A stretch of DNA of 64,000 bases. Origin: Trypanosoma brucei (taxonomy: Eukaryota). Under the pieces are notes generated by a model. That model had not been told where the DNA came from. It ran no database searches and was given only the letters and a program-made list of their open reading frames with translations. This document shows positions 42,801 through 51,700 of the stretch, one piece after another (the first letter of the stretch is position 1; each line of letters starts with the position of its first letter). Location of the stretch: contig CH464491.1 in assembly GCA_000002445.1 (NCBI GenBank), positions 2,848,001 through 2,912,000 of the forward strand, read 5' to 3'. A program made the translations under genes and the position numbers.

Positions 42801-44988
42801 GGACTTTGCATCTGGGAAACCGTTTAGGCCATGGGAACTGGTGCAGCGCGACTGGCCGCCGTACTCGGTTGTGCAACAACTTTTCGCAGGGATCATACAC
42901 CTCGTTTTGGGTGGTGCAGTGGTGCTGACTCCAGTGCAGTTATTCTTTGATCACGCCTGTACGCATCTAATATATCAGTTCCAAATGGCCAGGGACAATG
43001 TGCAGAGGCGCAGTGCGCAGACGGACGTGATAGCACTTCTTACCAGCCCACACATGGAAGGACTTAACTTCGCATTTGTCGAGGCAGCGCTACATCAGCA
43101 ACGAATGGGCCGTGCCTTGGCAGAACTTCATTACATTCGTGGGGAGTTGGCCGAGGCCATCGAGTGCTACCTTTGTAAAGAATACAACCGTTTTGACGCT
43201 ACACTTGCCAAAGACGTGTTCAACTTTATCTGGAGGGTAAGCCGCATAGAAGGTGAAGGAAAGAGGGAACGGAGCAGGCGGCTCCGCGATGCCGTGATGC
43301 ATCACATTGCTGCACTAGCTGACGCAGACCCCACAGCACTAGCGCGGTTTGTGTTTGAGCACCTTCGTGATGACCACGAGGAGGTGATGAGCATTATCCG
43401 CAAGTCTAGTAAGACATTTCTCCGCTATATTGACGAGTTGGTTGCGAAAGCAGAGCCAAAAGTTCTGGGGGATGTAATGCTGCAAAACGCGTATATTGGC
43501 CTTCTTTGCTCTGAAGATCCGGAGCGGGTGTATCCGTACATGCGGGCATACGAGGCCGCGTTGGCTTACGACTGCGACACTGTCTTATGCTCCATGAAGA
43601 AGTACAAGGTGATTGACGCCGCCGTTTACTTGCTCGAAAAGAGGTTCCGCGTTGAGGAAGCCGTTGAAGTGTTGATGGACGCCATTACAAGTAAACTTCA
43701 TGAGGTGCAGTTGGAGCTTATACGCGAGGTCCAGTCTCCAGAGATGAGAAACGGAAGTTTTGTATCAGGTTCCGCACAACGCAAGCATTCGTCTCCACAG
43801 CGCCAAACCATAAGAGCAGCTCAATCGGGGTCCTGTGAGGAGGCTCTTCAACACGTGGTGAGGCACGCAGTTGATCTATGCGCTAGGCATTACGCCGCGG
43901 AGGAAGCTCGGTCGTATAAGGTGTGGATGACATTGTTTGGTCATTTCGCAAGTCCGCAAAGAAGTCTAGGCGACTGTCTAGAACGGGAGGGAGCGCTGCA
44001 AGAATCAGGTTCCATCTCCGAAGCTCTTGACGAAAGAAACGGAGGCCCCGCGGAGTTCGGGGGCTCAACGAAGAAGTCTGGTACACCGTTAAGCCTTACG
44101 CCCGAAGAGCGTTCCATTGTGGTTAAGAGATTGCTTCCCTTATTCACCGATTACGCGTCATACATCTTGATGTGTATGATCAAGGTGCTCAACCTTGCCG
44201 ACGTTATTACATTCATCGTGGGAAGTTGCAAGAGGGAGGGTTTAAAAACTCTTGAGTCGATAATTTCCCGTACGGTGGGTTCGCTGCGATTTGAGTGCGA
44301 AGTTAACGAAATTTGCAATGATTCCCTTCAGCAGGATGCTATAAATTTAAGCAGGGAACATTACCGCCGCTTAAATATGGGTGTGATGCCCGTGGCCAAC
44401 ATGTGTTATGTGTGCGGTGGGGACCTTAACTTTGCTCGTGGCGTGGGGGCCGAAACAGCCGTGAGGATATACGCATGCGGTCACGCGTATCATGAGAAAT
44501 GTATTGTGGGTGGTGCTAGTGAACACCTAGGCAATACGTGTATCCAGTGCAGCAGGTCGCGATCAGGTGTTGTTAATTCATCAGCGCTGAATATGGGAGT
44601 AGTCCAACTGGGCGAGGGCATCCCTGGAAATGTTGGACCCAACCAACGCGGCTGTCACTTAGAGGAGGAAGAAGAAGAGGGTGGGGAAGCCGCGGAAGTT
44701 GACAACCCACAGATGATTTTGCGGAGGTTAAGGCAAACACGAGCGAAGATGAGCTGGTCTCGGGAATGCAGAAACAGGATACAAAGTTTCCTCCGCAAGA
44801 AATGTGGTGAACAGGAAACTCTTTCCATGGCTCCAACGGTGGAGAGGCCTCTTGTAGTGTTACCGGGCGTCACTGGCACAACCTCAGCGGCCGCATCGGA
44901 AGAAGGGCCAGAAGCCTTGCCAGAAGTGGACAACGCGCTTCCAATGACACTGACTGATGAGGAGGTTCTCGAGTTATTCGACACCTGA
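39814..44988 (+). CDS. Vps8/Vps41-type (CORVET/HOPS-like) protein with a C-terminal RING-H2 finger (1724 aa)
   Basis: The C-terminus CYVCGGDLNFARGVGAETAVRIYACGHAYHEKCIVGGASEHLGNTCIQCS is a C3H2C3 RING-H2. The protein is large with a beta-propeller-like N-terminal part (...LCVGTTLGFVLLFDERRRPIGKF...MAVGYQHGTVKMVEA...) followed by a long alpha-solenoid-like region. This is the Vps8/Vps41/Vps18 architecture. The start could instead be the METDDDL Met at 39874. Confidence 0.55.
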   Translation: MKSEEKERGINQFTKQKEAMETDDDLFAELLAAEMERTNVLAVENCGFVLQSGAMNSAPDPADTNRIGGTGQLVPQRLRVDLSSPPHGALSRVTRSGGKDSNVGTRQWEAKDTNELLSSYTTKGSGCHKETCAWRRATYLSDTGGNEDELLIETLLQLANEKISSSAERESGVQPPSVFMGVTSAASTKGSGQVVPASSADPLDDAVFWAALPSGPPATTAGVASTSAQSIGMGAGPRSASSIAPQNGHCQENDAQVLTAVLDALADGQSSVSGDFLSEEDCNMDELLERAEHVAASAIRVEGKKGVRLVRIHEHVGMREELHGNREIVGWPSCVCARPSPFDKNAQECTKTVSPPAPRRVTLCVGTTLGFVLLFDERRRPIGKFGPPNSILTTLSKPLGAVVSISLSHEASTMAVGYQHGTVKMVEASSLSTLREVTDEFTTPIIRLRHCQEEAFRILALGSCGSIKLLSFSRVLGMMSHRVVKVASPGGSAPFSDVDLVFMKEDRVHVVAAASFEVLVVLAVDCGAQGVVTPLYKRKQQTKGTRHHLQLQFVPVPLEHELLLCLVQNTDVEVFRVANGGVVTDVQKITGARLERSLRAMTHMDSCCLFLDEDNFLHLFDVSAGVVVESQQMHELEPAYFSTDGRTNRCNAALTCSGRNALILGRTTAFSCTLMSWWERLDDLVSKNRFLEALDQLKDFALNVALAVSGLESDPVARRTSIHAYLSILANKFLAYILKTANSTSFIVGSITCLIKACADVDAMHVFFDSSMVYLRDAKGSGALALYALGHCINSGVVTFLPEAYVEPLFTLLADDESDIALEVLHTLTTQGEGEPLHGVSRAERVLMKLEGGHECLLPLSEKYNLVRLKVFILCRWHHGYADALQYALREWRRVNKVNGRDNEVAVDLFECTMRGATVMDGVHIPEQCWREAKGQMWRHLLNTPGEFETLLRVNAERVVMVTLPILQESGPYSPWSNPEERDDCAAQLLLHLAGVDFASGKPFRPWELVQRDWPPYSVVQQLFAGIIHLVLGGAVVLTPVQLFFDHACTHLIYQFQMARDNVQRRSAQTDVIALLTSPHMEGLNFAFVEAALHQQRMGRALAELHYIRGELAEAIECYLCKEYNRFDATLAKDVFNFIWRVSRIEGEGKRERSRRLRDAVMHHIAALADADPTALARFVFEHLRDDHEEVMSIIRKSSKTFLRYIDELVAKAEPKVLGDVMLQNAYIGLLCSEDPERVYPYMRAYEAALAYDCDTVLCSMKKYKVIDAAVYLLEKRFRVEEAVEVLMDAITSKLHEVQLELIREVQSPEMRNGSFVSGSAQRKHSSPQRQTIRAAQSGSCEEALQHVVRHAVDLCARHYAAEEARSYKVWMTLFGHFASPQRSLGDCLEREGALQESGSISEALDERNGGPAEFGGSTKKSGTPLSLTPEERSIVVKRLLPLFTDYASYILMCMIKVLNLADVITFIVGSCKREGLKTLESIISRTVGSLRFECEVNEICNDSLQQDAINLSREHYRRLNMGVMPVANMCYVCGGDLNFARGVGAETAVRIYACGHAYHEKCIVGGASEHLGNTCIQCSRSRSGVVNSSALNMGVVQLGEGIPGNVGPNQRGCHLEEEEEEGGEAAEVDNPQMILRRLRQTRAKMSWSRECRNRIQSFLRKKCGEQETLSMAPTVERPLVVLPGVTGTTSAAASEEGPEALPEVDNALPMTLTDEEVLELFDT

Positions 44989-45572
44989 TGATAGCATTGG
45001 AGAAATGGTATGAAGAAGAGGAATGTGCCAGAGGAGATGTTGCGCAGGTCGCTACCACCTTCGTGACGCCGCCGAAAATTCGGTTATAACGTTTCATGGC
45101 TACTGAAGTACAAAAGGGTCCGGGTTTGGGCCAACGGTTAGCGTATGGGAAAAGTGAGTGAACCCATGAGTGGTTTCCCATCTTGTATAGCACGTACTCA
45201 AATCGCACATGGGGGGGGCACCAGTAAATGCTGTTTATGGGGTCTCTAGCACTATCTTACATGCATTGTATAGTGCCCTGGAAAATTGAGTGTTTTTTGT
45301 TGCTGTTGGTGTTGGTGGTGCTTGCTTTGTTGCTCTCTTTCATGATCGTTCACAGAATGGTCAACTGCAGTAACGAGTACGGTGGATTATTGTATGGAAG
45401 TCCGTCATCAAGGGCGCTATCACTTGCTTTCGCCTTTTTCCCCACCCCACCTCAAAAATAATAATAATAATCCTCTGTTCCTCCCCTTCTGCTCCTTTCA
45501 TAACAAACTGATAAACACGTGTAATCATTCGGAACTTCACACACGCACAAAAAAAAAGGACTTGAGGTTTAA

Positions 45573-46271
45573 ATGGGGGTGCCAACAATGGAACGAAGCC
45601 ACGGTCGTCGCTCACCCGACGAGGTCCGTTACCCTCACATTGTGCTCAACGTGCTTGGACAGAGTTACAGTAGCGCATGCATCGAAGTCGGAAGCACGCG
45701 GGTCGTTTGCGCCGTACATCACCCACAACAACTAATTGATGAGTACCGCGGGAGTCGAGGACGTGTTGCCTGTACAGTGCGAAGGTCCTCTCGCGCGCAA
45801 AAGCATGAATTAGCATTTCGAGCAGACGTCACACCAGAAAAAGACCTGGCCTTGGCGTTAGAAGGTGTAGTTGAGCAGGCAGTTGTGTTGGAGAAAATAC
45901 CGCAGCTGTTGGTGGAGGTTGCGGTAGAGATCCTCGCAGAGGATGGCGGGCTTTGGGACGCGATAGCCACGGGTGTGTGTGCCGCACTGGCGAGTGGGGG
46001 ATTTGAAATGTACGACACTTTTTCCGCCTGCGGTGCCGCGCTCCTGCCCGACGGCTCCATCGTGACCGATCCCAGCGCCACCGAGTGGAACACTGCTAAG
46101 GCCACGGCGGTCACGTGTGCCATGTTGAACTCAGGAAATATGTGCTTCACCGCGCAGCGGGGGTCGTGTGAGCCGACCACTGCACTCGACCTTGTGATGG
46201 CTGCTTTGAAGGGAACCTTGGCGCGTAAGAATGTCATCTCATCTCAGTTGTGCGAACAGTTTGCATTTTAG
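45573..46271 (+). CDS. RNase PH-like exosome subunit (RRP41/RRP46 family)
   Basis: The protein HGRRSPDEVRYPHIVLNVLGQSYSSACIEVGSTRVVCAVHHPQQL... matches the RNase PH N-terminal pattern (DGRRxxELR...G.ADGSA.IE.G.T.V.C.V.GP). At about 25 kDa it is typical of kinetoplastid RRP41-type subunits. An alternative start is 45588. Confidence 0.5.
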   Translation: MGVPTMERSHGRRSPDEVRYPHIVLNVLGQSYSSACIEVGSTRVVCAVHHPQQLIDEYRGSRGRVACTVRRSSRAQKHELAFRADVTPEKDLALALEGVVEQAVVLEKIPQLLVEVAVEILAEDGGLWDAIATGVCAALASGGFEMYDTFSACGAALLPDGSIVTDPSATEWNTAKATAVTCAMLNSGNMCFTAQRGSCEPTTALDLVMAALKGTLARKNVISSQLCEQFAF

Positions 46272-46512
46272 GAGATAAGTGTTTCGCTATAACGATAAAA
46301 ATTTTCCATTCCACCTTTCATTTGCAGGACCAGTAAAAGCATGAGTGCGGTGCGGGGGGGAGAAGTTGCGCCCGCACGAATAAATTTGGTTGCAGACCTC
46401 AGCACTCACTCGTTTTTTTTTGCCAGAGGTGCCGCTTCACGATGGCTGTTCTTTACTTCTGACTATGTCTATCCTTTCCCCCACGCCCCTCCCTTTTCCA
46501 TAGCTGAGGCAT

Positions 46513-47373
46513 ATGGCAACGTCGGAATCTGACGGGCTTCTCATGACGGAAGAAGTAGTTATACAACAATGTAAGAAACATCACGGGTATTCCACACCGG
46601 AACTCAACCGAAATATATACCTTAACCACTTGGGACTTATGAACATCTCATCCCTTAACGCATTCCACCAATGCAGGGTGTTGTACCTCAACAATAATGC
46701 CATCGATAACTTGGAGGGGCTTCACCCACTTCAAAATTTGCACGCGCTTTATATTGGTAATAACGCTATTCGAAACTGTAAAAGCTTTCCGATGTTGCCT
46801 TCGCTGCGACTTGTAGACATTTCCTCAAATTTTATTGAAAGCTTGGAAGGCCTTTCGAGCATCCCCAACTTAGAGACTTTACTTGCCTCACGGAATCGGG
46901 TGAGGAACCTTAGGGGAGTAGAGGGGAACAGAAAGCTAATGACGATCGATGTTTCAAAGAATGCTATTGAACGTGAGGAAGACATCGTGCCGTGGATTCT
47001 CGAAATGGAAGGACTTCGCAGTTGCATGTTTCAAGGCAACCGCTTTGTAACTTCAATGCAAAGCTATAGAAAAAAGATAATTGCGTGGGTGCCGTCGCTG
47101 CGCTTCATGGACCAATGCCCTGTGTTCCCCGAGGAGCGGAGCTGCGCTGAAGCGTATGCTCAAGGAGGAACAAGGGCAGAAAAAGCGCAGCGTGACGAAA
47201 ACAGACGTCAGGAGGAGCAGGAAAGGCAGAGACAGTTTGAGTTCTTCGGCAGCCAACGTCAGGAGGCTCGTGAAAGTCGAGACACCAAGGGCCCAACATG
47301 CACCAATACCGCCTATTATGACGATAACGATTTGCAGTGTATATATGTGCCAAACAGTGTGGGACGTGTGTAA
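46513..47373 (+). CDS. Leucine-rich-repeat protein with a C-terminal coiled-coil (LRTP/SDS22-like LRRs)
   Basis: Tandem 22-residue LRRs of the form L..L.L..N.I..LEGL (...CRVLYLNNNAIDNLEGLHPLQNLHALYIGNNAIRN...LRLVDISSNFIESLEGLSSIPNLETLLASRNRVRNLRGVEG...). The C-terminal segment is charged and helical (...AQRDENRRQEEQERQRQFEFF...). Confidence 0.65.
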   Translation: MATSESDGLLMTEEVVIQQCKKHHGYSTPELNRNIYLNHLGLMNISSLNAFHQCRVLYLNNNAIDNLEGLHPLQNLHALYIGNNAIRNCKSFPMLPSLRLVDISSNFIESLEGLSSIPNLETLLASRNRVRNLRGVEGNRKLMTIDVSKNAIEREEDIVPWILEMEGLRSCMFQGNRFVTSMQSYRKKIIAWVPSLRFMDQCPVFPEERSCAEAYAQGGTRAEKAQRDENRRQEEQERQRQFEFFGSQRQEARESRDTKGPTCTNTAYYDDNDLQCIYVPNSVGRV

Positions 47374-47741
47374 GAAACTCGATACCTCGGTGGGTTCAGT
47401 AGCCCCTTGTCGCACAACCGCAGAAAAGCAGCCGGTTGCCCATGCGCGTGCCCGATAGGTCGCGTTGACGCGCGTGCAGAGCCTATCTTGAGGACGGTCT
47501 GGGGCTTCGGCTGCTGAGACATGCTTGCGAAAACGAAAAACAGGCAAGTCCCCTCAACCAATGGGCCAGAGGCGAGTATGTTTTGTGCTAAATCACTTTT
47601 CCTACCACCACCCCAAACAAGCACGCGAGGTGCACTACTTTCTTCGTATCGGTTGTTGGTGGCTTCTTTAGTCAGATACACCAGGCACAAGGGACATAGA
47701 AAGTTAGTGGGGAAGAAAGGGGCATTCTTTGGAGAAGAAAA

Positions 47742-48746
47742 ATGACGATTGTTGCGGACTGTGGAAACTCACAGGCAGTGACATCCGTGTGCACAATGGG
47801 AACGCCTGAGTGCGATGAGGAGCTCAGACTCTTTCTGCGTTGTTTGCGCGCCCTTCATCCGCATGTGCAAGTGGTAGTGGGATGCACATCTGGCATGATC
47901 AGCCCTGGTCGAAGTGCGAGCAGTGCCTTCGCTGACTTCGGTATGGATGAAAAAATCGAGTGGGTTCCCTGTCTCGATCCTTACCTACCCATCAACAGGG
48001 GCACAATGGAACAGCAGCACGGGGTGTGGTACCCCTCGCGCCATGCAGACTTCATGATGGAAAAGGCAAACTTGATGGAGCGCGCGATGATGCTGCACAG
48101 TCCGCAGAAGCCTTGCGGGGGCGGTCCAGAATGCGTTGTGGCGTTCCTCGACTGTGACGTCGTCTTGCTGGGAGAGCTTCCGTGCATCCCATTTGGCACG
48201 CAAGTGGCGTTGTCACCGCATCAACTGCGTACTCGAGACGAAGCTCTCTTCGGCAAGTATAACGGTGGATATGTTGTTGCTACCACCCCTTCTGTTATCT
48301 ATGAGTGGAGGCGCGCAACACAGTACTCGAGGTACTTTGACCAAGCCTCGCTAGAGTGCGTGGCCAACAGTTTCTCATCCACTCTATACGAGTTGCCACC
48401 GCAACACAATTACGGATACTGGCGGCTCTTCCAGACTTACCGAGTAGATCCACTTGCTGAAGCGAAGCAGTTTTCTATTAAGCCAATGGGCAGCCCCCGC
48501 CAATGGACCCTCTGCTACGAGGGAGCCCCGCTCAGATCCATTCACACGCACCTTCTCACATCAACATGCCGGCAAGGGCGGGACGTTCAGGCATTTAACA
48601 CGCTCATAAGAAGATGGATACAAAGGTGCGTTCAACCTCCACACCGGGTGACAACCGCAGCAGTTGCGGCCAACCGGCTCTATGAGGTGTGTCTCGGTCC
48701 TTACCTGAAAGTGGCTGGTCAAAAGTTGTCCAAAGCGCCGCCATGA
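47742..48746 (+). CDS. Hypothetical protein (334 aa), possibly GT-A-like (DxD) nucleotide-sugar transferase fold
   Basis: A complete ORF with non-repetitive composition. ...VVAFLDCDVVLLGELP...YNGGYVVATTP... resembles the DxD motif region of GT-A glycosyltransferases. This is speculative. Confidence 0.4.
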   Translation: MTIVADCGNSQAVTSVCTMGTPECDEELRLFLRCLRALHPHVQVVVGCTSGMISPGRSASSAFADFGMDEKIEWVPCLDPYLPINRGTMEQQHGVWYPSRHADFMMEKANLMERAMMLHSPQKPCGGGPECVVAFLDCDVVLLGELPCIPFGTQVALSPHQLRTRDEALFGKYNGGYVVATTPSVIYEWRRATQYSRYFDQASLECVANSFSSTLYELPPQHNYGYWRLFQTYRVDPLAEAKQFSIKPMGSPRQWTLCYEGAPLRSIHTHLLTSTCRQGRDVQAFNTLIRRWIQRCVQPPHRVTTAAVAANRLYEVCLGPYLKVAGQKLSKAPP

Positions 48747-51700
48747 GGTTTCTACGACACTTTGCTCGGGTATCGTTACTGCGTTGTAGCTGTGTTCTTT
48801 TTCGTTCCTTTACTTCATCTGCAGTCCTTTCAACGCCGTAGATTGCACGGCACATTTTTACATCCCCAACGATGGAGTGTGACATGACCCTTTTACAAAA
48901 GTGTAAGGCCTCTGCAGAGCGGCATGCTCAGCTTCGTAAGGGACCCTAATGGTCCCCTAGAAAGGTTAGCGTCAAAACTCACAAAAAAAACAAGTAGGGG
49001 TTTCGGCTGCTTCCCTTTTTTGACACGGAAACCCTGATGGCCCTCTCCTCCCCATTATCCCCCTTAAGTTGAGTATGCATTGTGGCTGCAACGATGCCAC
49101 ACTTCTTTCCACTAGCTGTCTATTTTTCCCCTTGTCTTTGCCCCAAACGGGTGCGCGCATACACAACCGTACGAGTCGCCACCCGAGGAAACTGCTGACC
49201 TCTATGGCACTCTTGCATCCGACAACGGTACAATGTTTGCATGTGAAAAATGGAAAATGAGGGGAGAGAAATAGAAAAGGAAGTGATGTCATACAACCAA
49301 AGCACCCGCCGACGCAACGAGAGCGGTGAGTACGGTTGAGGCAGGGGTACTCACAATTGGCTCGAAATAACAAAGCCCACAAAATCCCACCCCAGTTTGC
49401 TTTGATGCCCATTAGCCCAAACACTGGACAGATCTCTTTATATATACGACGGGCACGAGACGATTAGTCAAAAACGTCTGTTCCGTCAAACGGAGAATAC
49501 ACTCGCTCCCCCCCCCCTCCCTTTAACACGAGTGTCCTCCGAAACTCAGTAACGTGAGAGTGTCGAGAGTTGAGGCAGCAACCTCGTAGGGATCTTCCGG
49601 TTGGAGGGGAGGCGCACCAAAACACTCTTTGCGTCATCGCACTGAAAGGTCAGATTTCGGCGTAAACGCTGCGGAAGTTGCCAATACATACATACGGTCC
49701 ACAGCACAGGACCTTCTATTTTGCGTCGGAACCACCAAAACACAGCTGCACCACCAACGACTCAGGTCAATGAGAGGTGCGACGTCGGAGCCGTTGATTC
49801 TAAACACGGGAGTACCTTTTTTCCACAGCACAAAGCTGGGACCTTTCCACATCTGGGGGCACCGAACTCTTTGGAAATATATTGGTTTATCCCCTCACGT
49901 TGTGCGTGCCACGCGCCGTTACTCCTAGGATCGGCCAGAGACCTGCACTCCCCCCCTTCCCCGCCCTCCAGCAAACTTCACGACAAGGACGTACTTTCCA
50001 TCCCTCCTTTGAACCAAGGAGACGCTTGAACCGCCGTGGTGTGGGACGCCCGACTGCCCGTTTCTCATCCATTCTGGACAGTCAGCGCCACACTTGCCCC
50101 TTCAAGGTTGGGCACCCACGCACACACCTCACGTTGGGATGTTTATTATCCCTGCCTCCGTCACCGCCATATGCGGCACCATGCGCTCCCTCTCCTGCAA
50201 CGTGCTCCCCACCCACCCCCCCCCCAAAAAAAAAAGCCACGCAACACACCAACTTTAGGTTTAAGGAAGAGCGCAGCGCCGCCTCCGCTATCGGTGGTGG
50301 GCAGCGTCTGACCCCGGCGCCGGAGGGGACCCGCCATCCATTCCATTCCGACTTTACCCAAGTGTATGGAACCGCTGCGCCACAACCCCAAACCGGTTAA
50401 CCTCAGGGGAACCGAGTAGAGAGGCGGGTCCGTTTCCCCTCGCAATCCTTGAGGTCACTTCACGAGTCGTTGCGCAGGAAAAAATAAAAGGAACTTTGTG
50501 AACCGGTGAGCCTTTGAATGCATGTGGAGACGCGGTGTTTCCTTTGGACCCAGTGCTAAGTGGGGAAAGGCTAATACCGTCAGAAGGGGGAAATATCAGC
50601 CCGCTCCGCATTCTTGCCGTGGCGCCGGGCGCCCTTGGTTAAGGCCATGTCTCACTTCGACCGTCTGAACGGCATCGGCAGCAACCCCCTTGGTTTGAGG
50701 TCTGGGAAGAGCTGTCCCCTACAAAGTGCCTTTCCACCTCGTTTACTTCCCCAACTTTTGCGACATCGGGAATTTAAACAGCCAACTGCGACCCCCGATA
50801 TTCCGATTTCGACCGAATGCGGGTATCCTTTGATTCCTAAACCCTGTAGCTGGCGAGGCCAACCTCCTTGACGTAGTGCTTGGGTTATGACGAATGGTTG
50901 CTGCACTCCTTTGTCACGTTCAACTTCTCCGACTCTCCACATGGAAACTTTCTAACAACCCCGCCACTGACAGGATGATTCCGCCTGCCGCATCCGTGTC
51001 AGCCGCTTCGCCCTATAGGGTTAACCTTGTCCACTGCGCTTTGCGGGGCTTGCTGGGAGGGTGTCTGGGAGTGTCATCGCTGACTCTCCATTTTGTAACC
51101 ACTTCGGTTGTTTTTTTCCCCTCTCCTTGTATCCGCACTTGCTGCGCGGATGGTCAGCCACACGTTTGTTCACGCTGTGTGGCACAGGGACCGCGCCTCT
51201 CATTAGATGCTCCTCGAAGTTTCCAGTTGGCAAGCGTCCCGCAACAAGTCCCCTCCCGCGTGTCAGATTCGCCATCCTTGCAACGGCAATACTTCCTATC
51301 TGACAGACTTTTCTCGCGTCTGCCTGTTTTGTGTCTTCCTATTCCTCCACGGGCTCCCTCCTTAACTTTCTTCGCCAGTTTTCAACCCTATTCCCCCTTT
51401 TCAAATGGGCACGGGGTAAGTCCTCTCTCGAAAATGCGCGGTTGCAAGCAAAGCGCCTTCGAGCCTCACCACCACAGGTTATGGGTTCGCTTTGCCCTCT
51501 CCTTTTCTCTGTCTAGGAGTTTGTGGCCTTCGATCCCACCCATTGCCTCGAGGCGATGCGAGTATTTTTCATATCCTCATCACCATCTGGGGTCCCGAAC
51601 AGGGTAATTGAATATTGCCGCAGGGTGCTGACTTCCCACTTTTAGCCAAATGCACACCCCCATTTCGCAATGTTCGCGCGGCCAACCTACAAAATTTTCC

